Shown: positions 34,860-48,600 of the stretch, one piece after another
Layout: each line of letters begins with the position of its first letter
How positions within the stretch are numbered: the first letter of the stretch is position 1
Assembly (NCBI RefSeq): GCF_030684315.1
Contig: NC_081383.1
Location: 3,701,690 to 3,765,689, forward strand
Source: Stegostoma tigrinum
Taxonomy: Eukaryota
Direction: 5' to 3'
Length of the DNA: 64,000 nt
Notes under the pieces: generated by a model
What the model saw: only the letters and a program-made list of their open reading frames with translations
Database searches by the model: none
Told to the model about the DNA's origin: nothing
Program-made: the position numbers and the translations under genes

Positions 34860-36230
34860 TTGTTCCTCACCAGCCCTTATTTTCCATGAATCCTCCTCTC
34901 CCATTCACACCGTGCCTGGCATAGCACCACAGCCAAACACACTATTTCCATTCTCCCGGAGGTGCTGTTCCCTGTTCCCTCTTGGTCCATACCACTGTCA
35001 ATGTGACATCGCACAGCTCTACACCACAACAACCCTCCTAACAAACCCTCTTCTCCACTTTTCTGGCCCCCACCCCCAACTGAAGCTTTCCATGTAACTC
35101 CAGGATCACACATTTGGCCTTTCACCATCTCCTTCTCATTATCCAAACGCAGTGAACACGTCAACCAGGTGAAAGAGTGATTTACCTCTTTCACATACAG
35201 AATGTGGTCTCTTCATAGTGAAGAACAAATGGAGACAATGAGATTGTTTTGAGGAATTCATCTCTGTTTAGACCACAAACATGACTCTAAACTTGCCATT
35301 TGTTCGATATTTTAATTCTACATCTTGCTACCACTCTGACCCTGTCGTGTTCCACTGAAGCTCAATGTTAGTTGGATATATAGCAGGTCAGTATATCTTT
35401 TTGCTGTGCACCACTTGACATGTTTTAATATATGTTAAAAACATGAGATATTGCTGCTGTTGTCAAGGGCTGGGTACCTTTAAGATCTTGGGCAATGTTG
35501 ACAGAAGATGCTTCAATAATTTATATTACTGAAAAAAAGGCTCGTTTTACCAAACCATTTTGTCTTATGCTGATCAGGAAGATTTACAAGAATTCCCAAA
35601 GTAAAAATGCGTACTGTATGAAAGAAACTGCTGATTGGTTTGACAAGTGGATCTTCTTGGTTCCATGAAGAATGCATCTGTCTGATGATGATCGATACTT
35701 AAATGTCACACCTTGCTTAAAATTTAAACCAGGCAGGATGCCTCAGACATTGGTCTGAGAAAAGAGCCAGAAAAATGCTACGACAGTTTTCCAAAGTGTG
35801 TAGTACAAGCTGGGAGTACAGCCTCCCGTTTCATACTGAGGGAACCTGCAGACTTCAACAACTTTAGAACCAAAACTCCACCAGATCTTTCACCTAGAGC
35901 CCAGACCCTGTCATTTCAGCACCATCAACCCACTTTCACCTACATATGGCCCTCATTGTTAGCTTTCCTTTCTCCCCACTGTACCATCACCCATCCCCTT
36001 TTTCCCTCTCTCTCTGGGTTCTGTCTCCAATAATCACTCCTACCCACTCTCCCCCCACCCTACACCAAAACATCTGCAGTAGATATCCCACCTTTCCTTT
36101 ACTACTATCAGTTCTGGAGAAGGTTCTCTGACTCAAAGATTTAACTGAGCTCTCTCCACAAATTCTGCTAAATACTACCAGCAATTTGTATTTCAGTTTC
36201 CGATTTCCAAAATCCACAGTTCTTTACTTT
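34860..36230 (+). mobile_element. old, interrupted Penelope-like remnants
   Basis: Degenerate similarity to the GIY-YIG region and C-rich tail; hairpin-type tail at ~36105-36230. Confidence 0.45.
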
Positions 36231-38573
36231 ATTACAGCCATCACTCATTTTGTCAAGCTGAAACAGGCATTGTGTGTTTTCCATCTGCGAAGGACAGGGT
36301 CTTGTGCCAGTACCTGAAGTTATTCCACTCTCCAAGCCCACCTGACAGTGTAATGTAACATAAACAGCATGGAGAGCCTGAGGTTGTCATTTACAGAGGG
36401 GTCAGAGGCTTAAAAATCAGATGGAGAGGAGAAGGAAAAACAATAAAGTCAGCTACAGATTATAGATAGATAGGTCAGAAATGGATTTACAGTAAATGTA
36501 AGCATTTTGTCTATTGTTAAAAAATTCCCCTTAATTACATCCTTCTCCTTTTCAACTTAAGAATAATAACATCTTTTTAAAAAATATTGAAGGTATGAAC
36601 AATTGTTTGTTAACACTGATCCTTGCTTGACAATGATCAACTTCCCAGTCTTTAACCTTTGGCCAGTGTTTCGGAAAGCTTTTCAAACATGAGGCAGGGA
36701 TATTCAACATGACATCCTGTCAGGAGACTAATTCCACAAATGTGCAATTTATGGAAACTAACTTTCCCTTTTCCTCTGCAGGTCCAAGTGACCACTGTTG
36801 CTGACACTCAATTGTCACTTGGCATTGACAGAATAGAAATGAATCACAAAGCCACTGATATGGTGACCGACCCTGGACTGGCCTAACAATCCTCAGCTGT
36901 ATCAAACTATCACAGTCATACTGGATAAAGATGAAACTAGACAGATTAAACGGCAATGGCACAGCCTTCAAAGTTCGCCCCCACACATTTCGCACCCCCC
37001 CCCCACCACCCCCCGCCAGCCACCCCACCCACCCAATCCGCCAAGCCAACATTGGGCTCGAGGCAAAAAGTGAGGGAACCATACTATCAACAAGAAACAA
37101 GCTGCAATAACTATGCTCACTAAATGACACTTCATAGCCAAGATGCCAAACTTTTCCACTGCCATCTCCAGGTATGCCTGTCCCATCTGCATGACAGATC
37201 CTACAGCTAACAGCATTGGGGTAGTCACTTGGGAGGGTGTGACCATGGGAGGTCTCAACATTGCTTTCAGGCATCAAAAGGAGATACTAACACATGCTGA
37301 TCTGTGGAATTCCTTGCCCAAATGAAAGAGTTGAGGCTACCTTGTTGAATGTTTTTAAAGGCAAAGATAAATAAGTTTTTGAACAGTAAAGGAATTAAGG
37401 TTAGGATGAACAGGCAGGCAGATGGAGCTAAGTCCATGAAAAGATCAGCCATGATCTTATTGAAGGTCTTGAAGCTTGATGGGCCAGATAGCATACACCT
37501 GCTTCTACTTCTCATGTTACTTTGTTTAAGAGAAATATTATTTAAAAATGTACAGTTCTACAGCATCTTCAGATCTCAGAGCTTTATAGCCAATCATTTT
37601 AGGTGTGCAGTCACTGTTTACATTCCGAAACTATGGCTTCCAATTTGAACAAACAGAATTGCGTTGATAACTGGAGATTTGACTTCAGTGACAAGCCGGT
37701 GCAGAAGATCACAGAATTCCCATTCTCCTTCAGAAAATACATTGTCATCTTCTACCTCTGTGATAGAGCAGAAGGGGCCTTGCTTTGATGTTTTACCTGA
37801 AATATGCCATTTTCCAACAGTGCAGCACACCTGCAAGCCTATACTGGAGCAAGGGGAAAATGAGCAAACAGAATGAGATTGCAATTCAAGACCTCCAATT
37901 TAAACAGACACTGATTTAATATCCTGCTGCAACTCAAAGTAATGACTGCTTCACAACCAAAGACAAAGGAGAAGCCCATTGATTCCACTTTATCAAGGGA
38001 TTCAAGACTGATCTGTTACCCCCAGATTTCACTTCCTGCCTTTCCCCATAATCCTCAATTCCCTTACTGACTAACCATCTAATTTGGCCTTGAATACATG
38101 CAAAGACCCATCTTTGACAGCCCTCTGCAGTAAAGAATGATGTAGATTCACTGCCCGCATCCTGATCATAACTGGGTGACCCTTTACTCCTGTGGGAGAA
38201 TCTAGGACCAGAGGGACATCATCAGAATAATGCCTCCACATATGCCCTGTCTAGACCCCAAGAATCTTCAATGTTTCAATAAAATCTCCCCACATTCTAA
38301 ACTCCAATCACTACAAGCTCAACTTATTCTTCCTCGCTACAGAAGGCAGTACCTCCATACCAGAGATTGGGCTCATGAACTCTCTCTGAAGTGTCTCCAA
38401 TACCAGTATCTTTCCTTAGACAAGGCGACAAAAATTGTTCACAACCCAGTCTAGTCTATCCACTTGAGTGATGGTCGACATTGAGAATGATGATCAAGAC
38501 CACAAATCCTGGGACAACTGAAGGATACAGGCAAACTACCTTCACATAAACTAACACAGCATTGGTACACATG

Positions 38574-38644
38574 GGTCTGTTAGCTCAGATAGTTGGAGCA
38601 TGGTGTTAATAACACCATCATGGGTTCAATTCCCATTTTGACCA
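38574..38644 (+). pseudogene. tRNA-Ile(AAT)-derived pseudogene or SINE head
   Basis: ggtctgttagctcag..., perfect anticodon arm tggtg-ttAATaa-cacca, ggttcaattcc T-loop; variable loop shortened and acceptor stem only partly paired. Confidence 0.7.
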
Positions 38645-41600
38645 AATTTGCAGGAGCTTCGTCATGAGCTCACTTCTTTCAGCATGGCATAGTGGTTAGC
38701 CATGCTGCCTCACAGTGCCAGGCACCCAACTTCAACTCCACCCTTGGGTGACTGCCTATGTGGAGTTTGCACATTGTCTCTATGTCTGTGTGGGTTTCCT
38801 CCCACAGTCCAAAGACGTGCAGGCCAGGTGGATTGGCCTTGCTAAATTTCCCATAATGTGCAGTGATGTATACATTAGGTAGCTTACGGGGGATAGGTCT
38901 GGGTGGGATGCTCGGAGGGTTGGTGTGTACTTGTTGGGATCCTATGATGACAAGGGAACAAATTTATTTGTTTTGCACTCATTCCCAGGATTTGGATATT
39001 GCTGGCAATCATAATTGCACATCCCCCATTGGCTTTAAGACATGCAAAGCACAACAGAGTGGCTTGCGTGACCACAGCACAGGGCAGCTGAGTCAGCTAT
39101 AGTGCTGTGGTGCTCTAGCAGCATGCAAGCCAATAATTTCATCTGCATTCCACATTTTAAATCATGGTTTTGCAAAGTTAATTGCTAGTTACAAGAAACA
39201 TCAGGGTTTGGTGATGCAGTGACAGTGTTCTTACCTCTGGGCTACATGATCTAGGTTCAAGCCCCACCTGCTTGAAAGGTGTGGCATGACATCTCTGAAC
39301 TGGTTGACTAAAACACCTATAAAAGGTCAGTCACAAAAAGCAGATTCATTTCCCAAGCTGACATTACTGAACTGAGCTTTTACAGTAATTCAACAGCTTC
39401 ATGCCATCACAGTTGTCAACTTTTCTCTTTTAAAATAAATCTCAATTCTCCAGCTGAGGAGACACAATGTGAACTCATGGCCTTGGATCATCGGGTCCAG
39501 ATCTCGGTTAATATTCATCAATGTAACACTACATTACTCCCCTGGTCAACTTGCAAGTAGTCCTTGAACCAAGTTTCCCACCAGTAGTTAAGATAGCTGT
39601 TGAAAGATTGCCAAGCATTTCTTAAGATCAGGGACTTTCTCAGTCAACATTTGTCATTCAGATAACACTAGCAAAGCATGGTTAACTGAACATTGATTTA
39701 CTTGCTCTCTGCCTGGGACCTTCCTGTGTAAAAACTGAGTTAGGTCATAAAAGTACATTTGCATCTTGAAGCCAATAACATTGTGAGATTTTAGACAGAA
39801 GTCATCTGGTTCCAAACTGGGCCACAGATCAATGCTCTCAAACAGACTTTTGCTACACTTTTACTTGCAAAGAACTAGATTAAATTGGTAATGTGCCTTC
39901 ATTACTGACATTACTCCAAAGGCAAAAGCTTTTTGCAGATGAACATTATAGACACTGTTCAGATGTAATTTGAAAAGTGTTTGCACAGATTTGATAATAT
40001 GTGTCAGGCAAGATACAGTTATTATGGATTGAAATACTGAAATAGTAGATCAGTGCTGCTTTCAAATATGAAAAGACATCTGAATGATCCTGATTTAAAG
40101 AAAACACTCAGTTGTAAAACATCTCAACAATACTTTGCAGTGGATAATTTTAAATACATTTCAGGTAGTTATGTTATAGTGTGTTTCATTAAATCAAATT
40201 GGCTGGAACACAATTGAGCTGAATAGTGAACGCTGTTTAGGTAACACAAGTGAGTTATAGCAATTTACCATAGCGACCTCCCTATTACATAATTTTCAAC
40301 AATGATTTTCTACAGCACAAGGACACACAAGAACAACTACTGCATTATAGGAGAACTACCTCTATTAAGTAGGTAGTCACTAGAAGGTTTCCACGTACAG
40401 CAAGATCAATGGATGGTTAATATAACTAGAACATTCTACCTTTCTTCAATTTGCATAATGGAAAACCTTTGGAACATGAACAGGATTTTGGTTTAACATT
40501 AACCTAACAAATGGACTAGTGGTTCAAGACAGCCACTACCACCTCCAGGATATCAAGAGACTGGCATTAAATGCTAGCCCAGCCAGCAATTCCTAATTCC
40601 ACAAACAAATTTGAAAATATTTTCATACCATTACCAATCTTGAGGTGCACTTACACTAAAATACTTCTAAAACTTCAGTTTATTTCAGATAATGCTACAG
40701 GCCCTCTGCTCAAAACCAGTTTCTACAAGCAGCCATGTGATAACAACCAAATTATCTGTTTCAGTGACATTAGTTGAAGGAGAATCTTTTCCATTCAGCC
40801 AACAGTGCAGTACTCTGTCAATATTGCATTGAAACAAGAGCAAACAGGCCAGTAGGTAAAGTGTGTACCCCGAAACCAGAGTTATTTACTGAGTGAGCTG
40901 TCAATTCAGTCCACTCTCCACACTCTATCATTGACTTGCAATTTAGTTTTTATCCCACCTCTCCCTGCAACACCCCCCCCCCCCAAAAGTATGTTCAAGG
41001 TCCTAATTGATTTGGGCTTTTTATTCTGTCATGAAATGTGGGCAACAGCAGCATTTATTGCCTGTCCTAGGTGCCCTTGAGAAAATGATGGTCAGCCACC
41101 ACCTTAAACCATTTCACTACTCTTTCAGGTAGTCCATCTCAGGCAGCACTTTCAAATAAAAAAATTCTCAACAGCTTCTTTTGCCAGTTACCTAGGATTA
41201 GCATTTTGATTCCTGACTTGCCGAGCACTGGAATAATTTCCCTTATCTAGTCCTCATGCCTTTGATAATTTTGAACACATTCATTGTAATGCATAACAGA
41301 CAGGGGATTTTCTTCGATAACTGTGGAGCTGGAGGAACACAGCAGGCCAAGCAGCATCTCAGAAGCACAAAAGCTGACATTTCGGACCTAGACCCTTCAT
41401 CAGAGATTTTCTTTGTTCTGTTTTATGGTACTCACTAGAATCCGCTTTATACAAAATACTGAACAATTGTCAAGTTTTTTTTGAATTTGGAGAAGGATAC
41501 CAAAACTGACTGCAGCATAAAAACAGGCCATTCTGCCCGACCAATCCATATTGTTGAGTATTCTCCACAGGAACTTTCACCTACCTTATGTCATAACGGT

Positions 41601-41688
41601 ACATCATTCTTTTCATTTCATGCTTGCATTTACTCATCGCTCTTTACATTCATCTATGCTATTCACTTTAAACACTCATTGCTGTAGC

Positions 41689-41691
<3 letters not shown>

Positions 41692-41729
<38 letters not shown>
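41692..41729. repeat. (CA)n microsatellite
   Basis: Seen directly; a shorter tract lies at ~29037-29054. Confidence 0.9.
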
Positions 41730-42254
41730 GTATGATTTATTGGTGACCACATTTTCTTAATGGCCAAGTTCTAGACTCACATTTAAGCTGAAAAACACTT
41801 CAGTAAGCTCATCATAATTTTAAAGACATCGTCAGTCACTTTTAAAACATTCTCTTTTCCAGTGGGTAGAACAGAAGATGTAAATAAATTCAGTCACAAC
41901 CACTTTTTCAGTTCCATGTACATTTTTAATAAATACTTTTCTTTGACAATTCCTATTTACAATTTGTACAGGTTTGATAGGCACATTTGAAGGAGGCAAC
42001 AAGCTTCAACCAAAACCTCCGAAAGAACAAATTAAAATGTTACACCTTGCAATTTTTGCAGCTGTACCGAATCCAGCATCTGAGAATTTAGACAACATAT
42101 ATGTCAAGCTGTGTTTGATCGCAGGGTTTTTCTTACAAAAAAAAACACTTGGCAAGGCATGCTTCAGAAACTTCTGATAACAAATCTGGAGATGTGCTGT
42201 TAGTTCAAAATACTGTTGACTGACTGTTCACCATTTCAGTGGGTAAAGAAATAA

Positions 42255-42632
42255 CCTGCATTTCCACAGCAACTTTCACAACCTCAGAACATCCTAGAAG
42301 CATTTTATAGTCAACAAGATTAAATTGTAGTCACTGTGACAAAATAGGAGATGCAGCTGCTAATATGCATACAAGCTCCTCAAAAAGAGAGAGTTAAGTG
42401 ACCAGATAATTTGTTTTAAGTATTGGTTGAGGGGTAGTCATTGACTGGGACACCAGGGAGAATGACTCTGTACAAAGAAAAGTTTCATGTGATCCTTTGG
42501 CACAAGATGGCATGACAGAGTGATGGCACCCTTGAATGTACAGCTCTCCCTTGTTACTGCACTAGTTCCTCTGCCTAGATTCTGTGCTCACATCTCTGGA
42601 GTGGGATTAACTAACATTGAGCCACTGCTGAC
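42255..42632 (-). mobile_element. Deu-domain SINE (SacSINE1-like)
   Basis: accagataat..gttgaggg..ggacaccagggagaa..gcctagattctgtgctc..ctggagtggga; relatives at ~4600-5050, 5080-5290(+), 40715-40900 and 46910-47210. Confidence 0.65.
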
Positions 42633-45600
42633 ACCACACGCTCACCAGTTATGTCACAACTCAATGGAAATCTAGTGTATTTCCAAAAGCAATTTTGTTT
42701 TTATGGGTTTTAGCTTTATTTACAGTCTACGATTGGGAAAGGGAACAGAATGATTAATCTCAGTTAATTCTATGAATCCTTTATCTTTGAGTTAATGCAG
42801 AAGCTTTTTTTAATCAGTACTGTATGGTTGTGCTCATTGCTTAACAGAAATGAAGGCATCTGAAAGTTCATCAAATGTGGGAAGTTCAGAACCAGTGCTG
42901 TGATAAACATGACAAAAATCTGAAGCAGGACTTGGACACAGAACTGGTCTTTTTTTGAAAAAAAAACTTTGTTCTGGTGCAGCTTCAACTCTGAGCTTTT
43001 TAGATTCAGGCAAGTGAACAGTTTTAAAAAGAACAGAAAATTCTTTGGGCCATTCCTCACCAGCCTCGATGTGAATAGAAACCCAGGTAACTGCACGTCT
43101 TTTATATAAAGCTAATAAATGCCACAGTATAACCTAAGAAAATTCTCATCCATTGATTGCTTATTTTCAGGAAAATAACAGTAAAAACTCTAATTAGTGA
43201 AAATGCACAGACTAGTACAGAGAATGAATTGGCTATGTTGTTACTACAACTCGAACGGACAAGTTAGCTAAAACAGACAAGATGGCTTCCTCTCCAAAGG
43301 CTAGAGTTACTCAGACTGAGTATCCTCTGGAATCTCTGCACCACCCATCACCTTTCCTCTCAAAGTGGTCACTCATCCCAGAGTGAGGTTTCATTGTAGA
43401 ATGACATGCAACAGTGCTTGATAGTTGTCTTACCAGAAAGCCACAAGCATTGTCCAGCAACACTCCCCCATCTCTTACCCGCACCCCCCCCCCCCCCCCC
43501 CCCCGACCCCGACCAAGACAAGCTGCTACAGAGAAGAGTAAGTGCCCCAACTGAACTAGCAGAGGATAAGCAGATCTGGAGCTAGATATAATGCAGAGTA
43601 CATGGATATACACTAATGAAAGCACAGCTGGAATCTGAACACATGCACATGCATTTCAGTGCTTTTACGATGAGGGAGATGTCAACAGTAACAGTGCCCT
43701 AGGGTACACCAAGCACAAAGTCATCTATTTCACATTAACTGTTTTTGTGAACCTTACTAGAACACACACACAATCAAGCCAATAAGATCCACCAAATAGG
43801 AGGCACCAGGAAACATTCTGCCAGTTCAGTTGGCCACAAGAGGGTGGACAATTACAGCAATGTTGGCAGAAGGCAAGAGAAAACAGGTAAACAAAACTGA
43901 TGGTATAGTTAACAATTTTTAAAAAATGAAAAAACATTTTTGGTTTCGTGGGCAGCAAGTGTACTCTGCCATGAACATTGCATTAACAGTAGAAAACAAC
44001 TAGCCAGGAAAAGTAGTTCTCCAACAGGCAAAAGGAAGAACTGGAAGAAATGGACACCACACCAAACCGATATTTCACATTACAATGTATTGATGTAGTA
44101 GATACTCTCATGTGTTGTTATATCAGAGCAACACCTATCATCTTCAAAATTCAGGAATTGAGGATTGCAGCTATAACTGGGCCCTCCATGAGGGACACCT
44201 TAAAAATGGTCTCACTGAAGTGAGGAGATGACAGAAGATTTAAGCAGTTAGTATACTAACTGGATTTGTAAAACCTAGTAAGTGGCACATAAAATCTATA
44301 AAACCAGCCTAGCCCCAATTCCCAAAAATTGCTTGCCCCTCTGAAATCCCACCATGACTCTTGCAGCTCAATTCCAACAGCAAATAATCATTGTGCCTGC
44401 ATTATACAGATGTTTCTAGAAACAAGTTACTTGGTCCCAATGCTTGCCAGGTAAATTGGTGTTTACTCTTCCTTCTGACAAGAATTGTTGTTTCTAGTCT
44501 TTACAACCTGTGAACTCAAATTCTCACAAGGGACATCAACTTGCCTCAAAATGCAGGGAGTCTGAACTGCTACTTTTCTAGTCAAAACCAACTCCAATCA
44601 CTCTCCACAAAAAACAAGCAGACAGGTACAACATACGTGCACAGTTGGTGGATTTACCATCTTTAACACTTACAATTGCCTTCACTCTGTTCTGGAACAT
44701 TGGAGCAGTAATGACTAATAGCTCCATGGAGGAGAGTAAAAATGCCCCTCAGAATGATATTCAAACACATGAGCCTACAATACCTAGTAGAATGAACAAC
44801 TGAATGTCTTGCTGGTCCTTTTCCAACACTTCATTTAATCTTGGTCTTGAATTTCTAAGTTGAAACAAGAGCACCTCCATGTCACAGTTAATAAACCTGC
44901 ATGTTACTGCTGATGTACCCTGCTGAGATTGTATGATGGTGCAGACAGTGTTAATATTTCCAGCCTCAATTTCCAGGGGCCATGCTTCCTCTGCAGTGAG
45001 CACAATTGAATTAAATCCTGAGACCCTGAGGGCAAAAGCCCTGACCCAAATTTCAGGCACAGAATTATTTCCATAGCCAGGCCAACTGATGCATCTTTCC
45101 AATACCAACCAGATTTCCACTGGTTGAATCTTTTTGACACTTTCCCGCTACTACTGAAACCGTTCAAGCTTAGAGGTGAAGCTCAATCACCTCCAGGGTC
45201 CACCATCTGATTCCAGTAAAGCCTCAGGGACTGTGGAAAGCCTCAAGGAGGAACATGCAGCTGGCCTCAAGGAGATGAGAGTTCCACTGTACATTTTGAA
45301 GAGGCTAAAAAGAATTTTCCAGGGAAACCCTTCTGAAACTGTTCTGCCTCATGGCATGTCACGGTCCAGTTAAAATGCACGAGAATAATGCATCGTTCCC
45401 GAGATGTGACTGCTCTTTACATCCTGTGCAACCTCAGGTTCATTTCATATCATAATTGGGTACAACTAACTTTTGTCCAGATTTCCTATTTCTAAACTGA
45501 TCCCTGGTACCCTACCAGCCAACTTTAAGCAATATACTATATTTTTTCACTGGGGCTAAACGCAATATCATTGAAGCTATGTACGCAGGGCATTTCAATT

Positions 45601-48600
45601 CATCTTGCGCACTGATCAAGAGTTTGTCCAAAAGATTTGGGTGAATTGGCTAGGAACACTGCAGGCAATTGAAACAAATGGAAACAGCGCAATCCACAAT
45701 TGCAGAGGTGTTTAATTGCAGAATAGACAAACCTGGGTCCACAGCATACTCATGATCCACTCAGCAGCCATTTGGGGTTCAGTGATGTGACCAGCATGGT
45801 TTCAGCTTGTTCAGGACTGTAGTGCTATCCCTACACACACCTGGCCTCTGCTCTTGCTGAGCAGTATTTAGGAAATGTTCTGAGAATGTGCAGCAAAGAG
45901 TACATGCTCCATGATCAACCAAATGGTATCTGCATCAACATGGGCTGCCCTGCAGTTCGGTTCATAGATTCCTTCAGCATGTTGATCAGTTACTGAAACC
46001 ATCACATATCCAGTAATTCAAAATGAAAGGGACCAGCTGCTCAAATGCAGTTACTAACTTAATACGTCTGCAGAAATTAGTCATTTTATCCTGCTCTGAC
46101 AGGCGGAGGGCAATCCATAATCAGGCACTGTGCGATTTTATTTATAATTAATAGTCTCAGGTAAGGGACTCAGAACCATGGGTAAATAGAATGTGTGTTC
46201 TGGAGTTGACAACACTCTCAATTAGATGGGGTCCTGGAAGGCTTTGGCTTATTTATTTGCTGATTGAGAACAAAAAACCTGCTTTTAATTATGTGGCAAT
46301 GACAGATCATGGATTTTGCAATCCTGCAATGTTTGTTTATCCATGCACAGTTAACAGGAAGGAGAAAGGAATTAAAGACCATACTTAGAGATGAGACGTG
46401 GTTCATGACAAACATGAGGGACAAATGGTCTACTGCTGTTCCCAAGTGTACAGCCCAATATTGATATGTTTGCCAATGAGTTGTTCTGAATGACCTTTCA
46501 TTGTGTCATTCTTACCAAACAAAATGAACTGACTAGCTTGTGCCAGCCACGAAAAGCCAAGCTTACACAGAGAGAGGGATTTTTTTGTTTTAAAAGTTAA
46601 AATTCAACTCTTTGTAAATATTTCAGGAACATCCAACTACAATTGGAGCAGGTTTACACATTAGGGTTCCCGCTCGACTCTAACTTGAGCAATGCTCAAG
46701 GCCAGTCTGACATTCAGTGTGTCTCATGCAACGCGGAAGTCTGTCAGGGCAATCAGGTCTCATGTGCTTATGTGCAGAAATGAACAAAGGAACACCCCAA
46801 CTGACAGGCCTCAGTTGCAACAACGTAAACAGAGCATAGACAAGAAAAAGAAATCTAGTCAAAAAAACCCACAAAACTAAAAACAAACTTGCAATTACTC
46901 AGTACCAATGAAATACTCATCGTGCATAGTCACCATTGCATAAAGGAAACATAGCAGTGAACCTGCACATAGCAAATCTCCATAAACAGCATTGCGATTA
47001 TCCTTTTTAAAAGAAGTTACTTAAACGAAATTAATTGAGTGATAATAATTGGACAGGACACCATAAAGTATGCCCCTGATCTTTTTCAAAAATAGTGTCA
47101 TGAACACTGCCATCCACCTGACAGCGCAGCTAGGCCCTTGGTTAATGTCTTATCCTGAAAATCAACACTTCTGACGCTACAGCACCTCAAGTGCTGCAGG
47201 AATGGGGTGTCAACCACATTTCATATGCTAACAGTTGCTAAGCCATGCCAATAGTGCTTTTTTCCCCCAAGGTACTGATCTCTCCCAACGAAAAAAATGG
47301 TACTGGTATTCTGATATAAAATATTCAATGCATTGGCAACAATTACTCTTGCAACAATTTCCACGTCAAAGATTTTTAACCAAAGAACAACATGTTTTGC
47401 TACAAAATGCATGATTATATTACCCTCCAACTCATAAATGTTCAATCACACTCACTCCCCCAACACCCACACATTTCCAGGTGGAATAAAACTCCCAAGA
47501 CAGCACTGATTTTGTGCTATTGATGGAAAAATCAATTAATACACTAATATTAATGTGCTGAATCAATGCATTGTTTGAAATCTCATCATCTTGAGAGAAA
47601 CAAAGTAAAATTAACATTTGTCTCCTCCTTTGGTTATAAAATGAATGCAGTATGGATTGACTGAAGAGAACATCTTCCCTCAGCCAAAGCACCATTCAAA
47701 AGGTGATCCATGTCTGGACACCCTGCTCTCCCTGATGAGAAGACGTGCCCTTTTTGGGGGCCAAAGAGGAAGAGAATGGAATTGAAGTTGTGGTGTTTCT
47801 TTCTAAAACACTGGCTCGAGCAGAAATGGGCTCTTGAATGTGGATGCACAGTGCACACAGTTATCCAACTTCACGGATTTCGGGGATGGCTTTGGCAGCA
47901 GAATGGAGATCAATGAATGATTCTTGCACTGATCACGTTCAGCGAGCACCATGCTTGAATGGAATTGATTTCATGCACATAGCTTGGATAATGCAAAACA
48001 TCCTCCACATATTGCATTTTCTGGAGAAATAATGCATGTTTTTAATCCAGAGAATCTACTGATGCTGTTGGTCAATGTTATGCCCATTAGTTCATAATGA
48101 CTGCTTCAAATTGGGCTCTGCAGACTTAAACGCAGTGCACTGTACAATCGACTACACATTGCAAGTCCTGTCTGACTCCAACTCATTAGCTGATAGTGTA
48201 ATCAACAAACACCAAAATAATCACAACACAGCAGGTTAAGCAAGTATTAAATCAAGATTTTCCAATCTCAACTGCTACATTTTAGGAAGAAATGGCTTCC
48301 ATTGCTCCACTTCCATCGAAGAATTGGTTAGAATTTCCTTCAAGTCTCAGCTCAATCTTAACATCTGGCCTCCACACTAAGCACAACTCTTTCTACTCTA
48401 TACTAGGATGACTGTTAAATCGCCCTTTAGACATGTCTACAAATGAATACAAAGCATTGCCAGGCCAACATTTAGAAAATTTCACAGCACGGCCATATTT
48501 AAAAGATAATGGAAAGTCAGGAGATCTGCACATGAAATTCCTTTCAGTAGCCGTAATACTACTTCAATCAAGTGGTAAGTCAGTCAATGCACCACAGATC

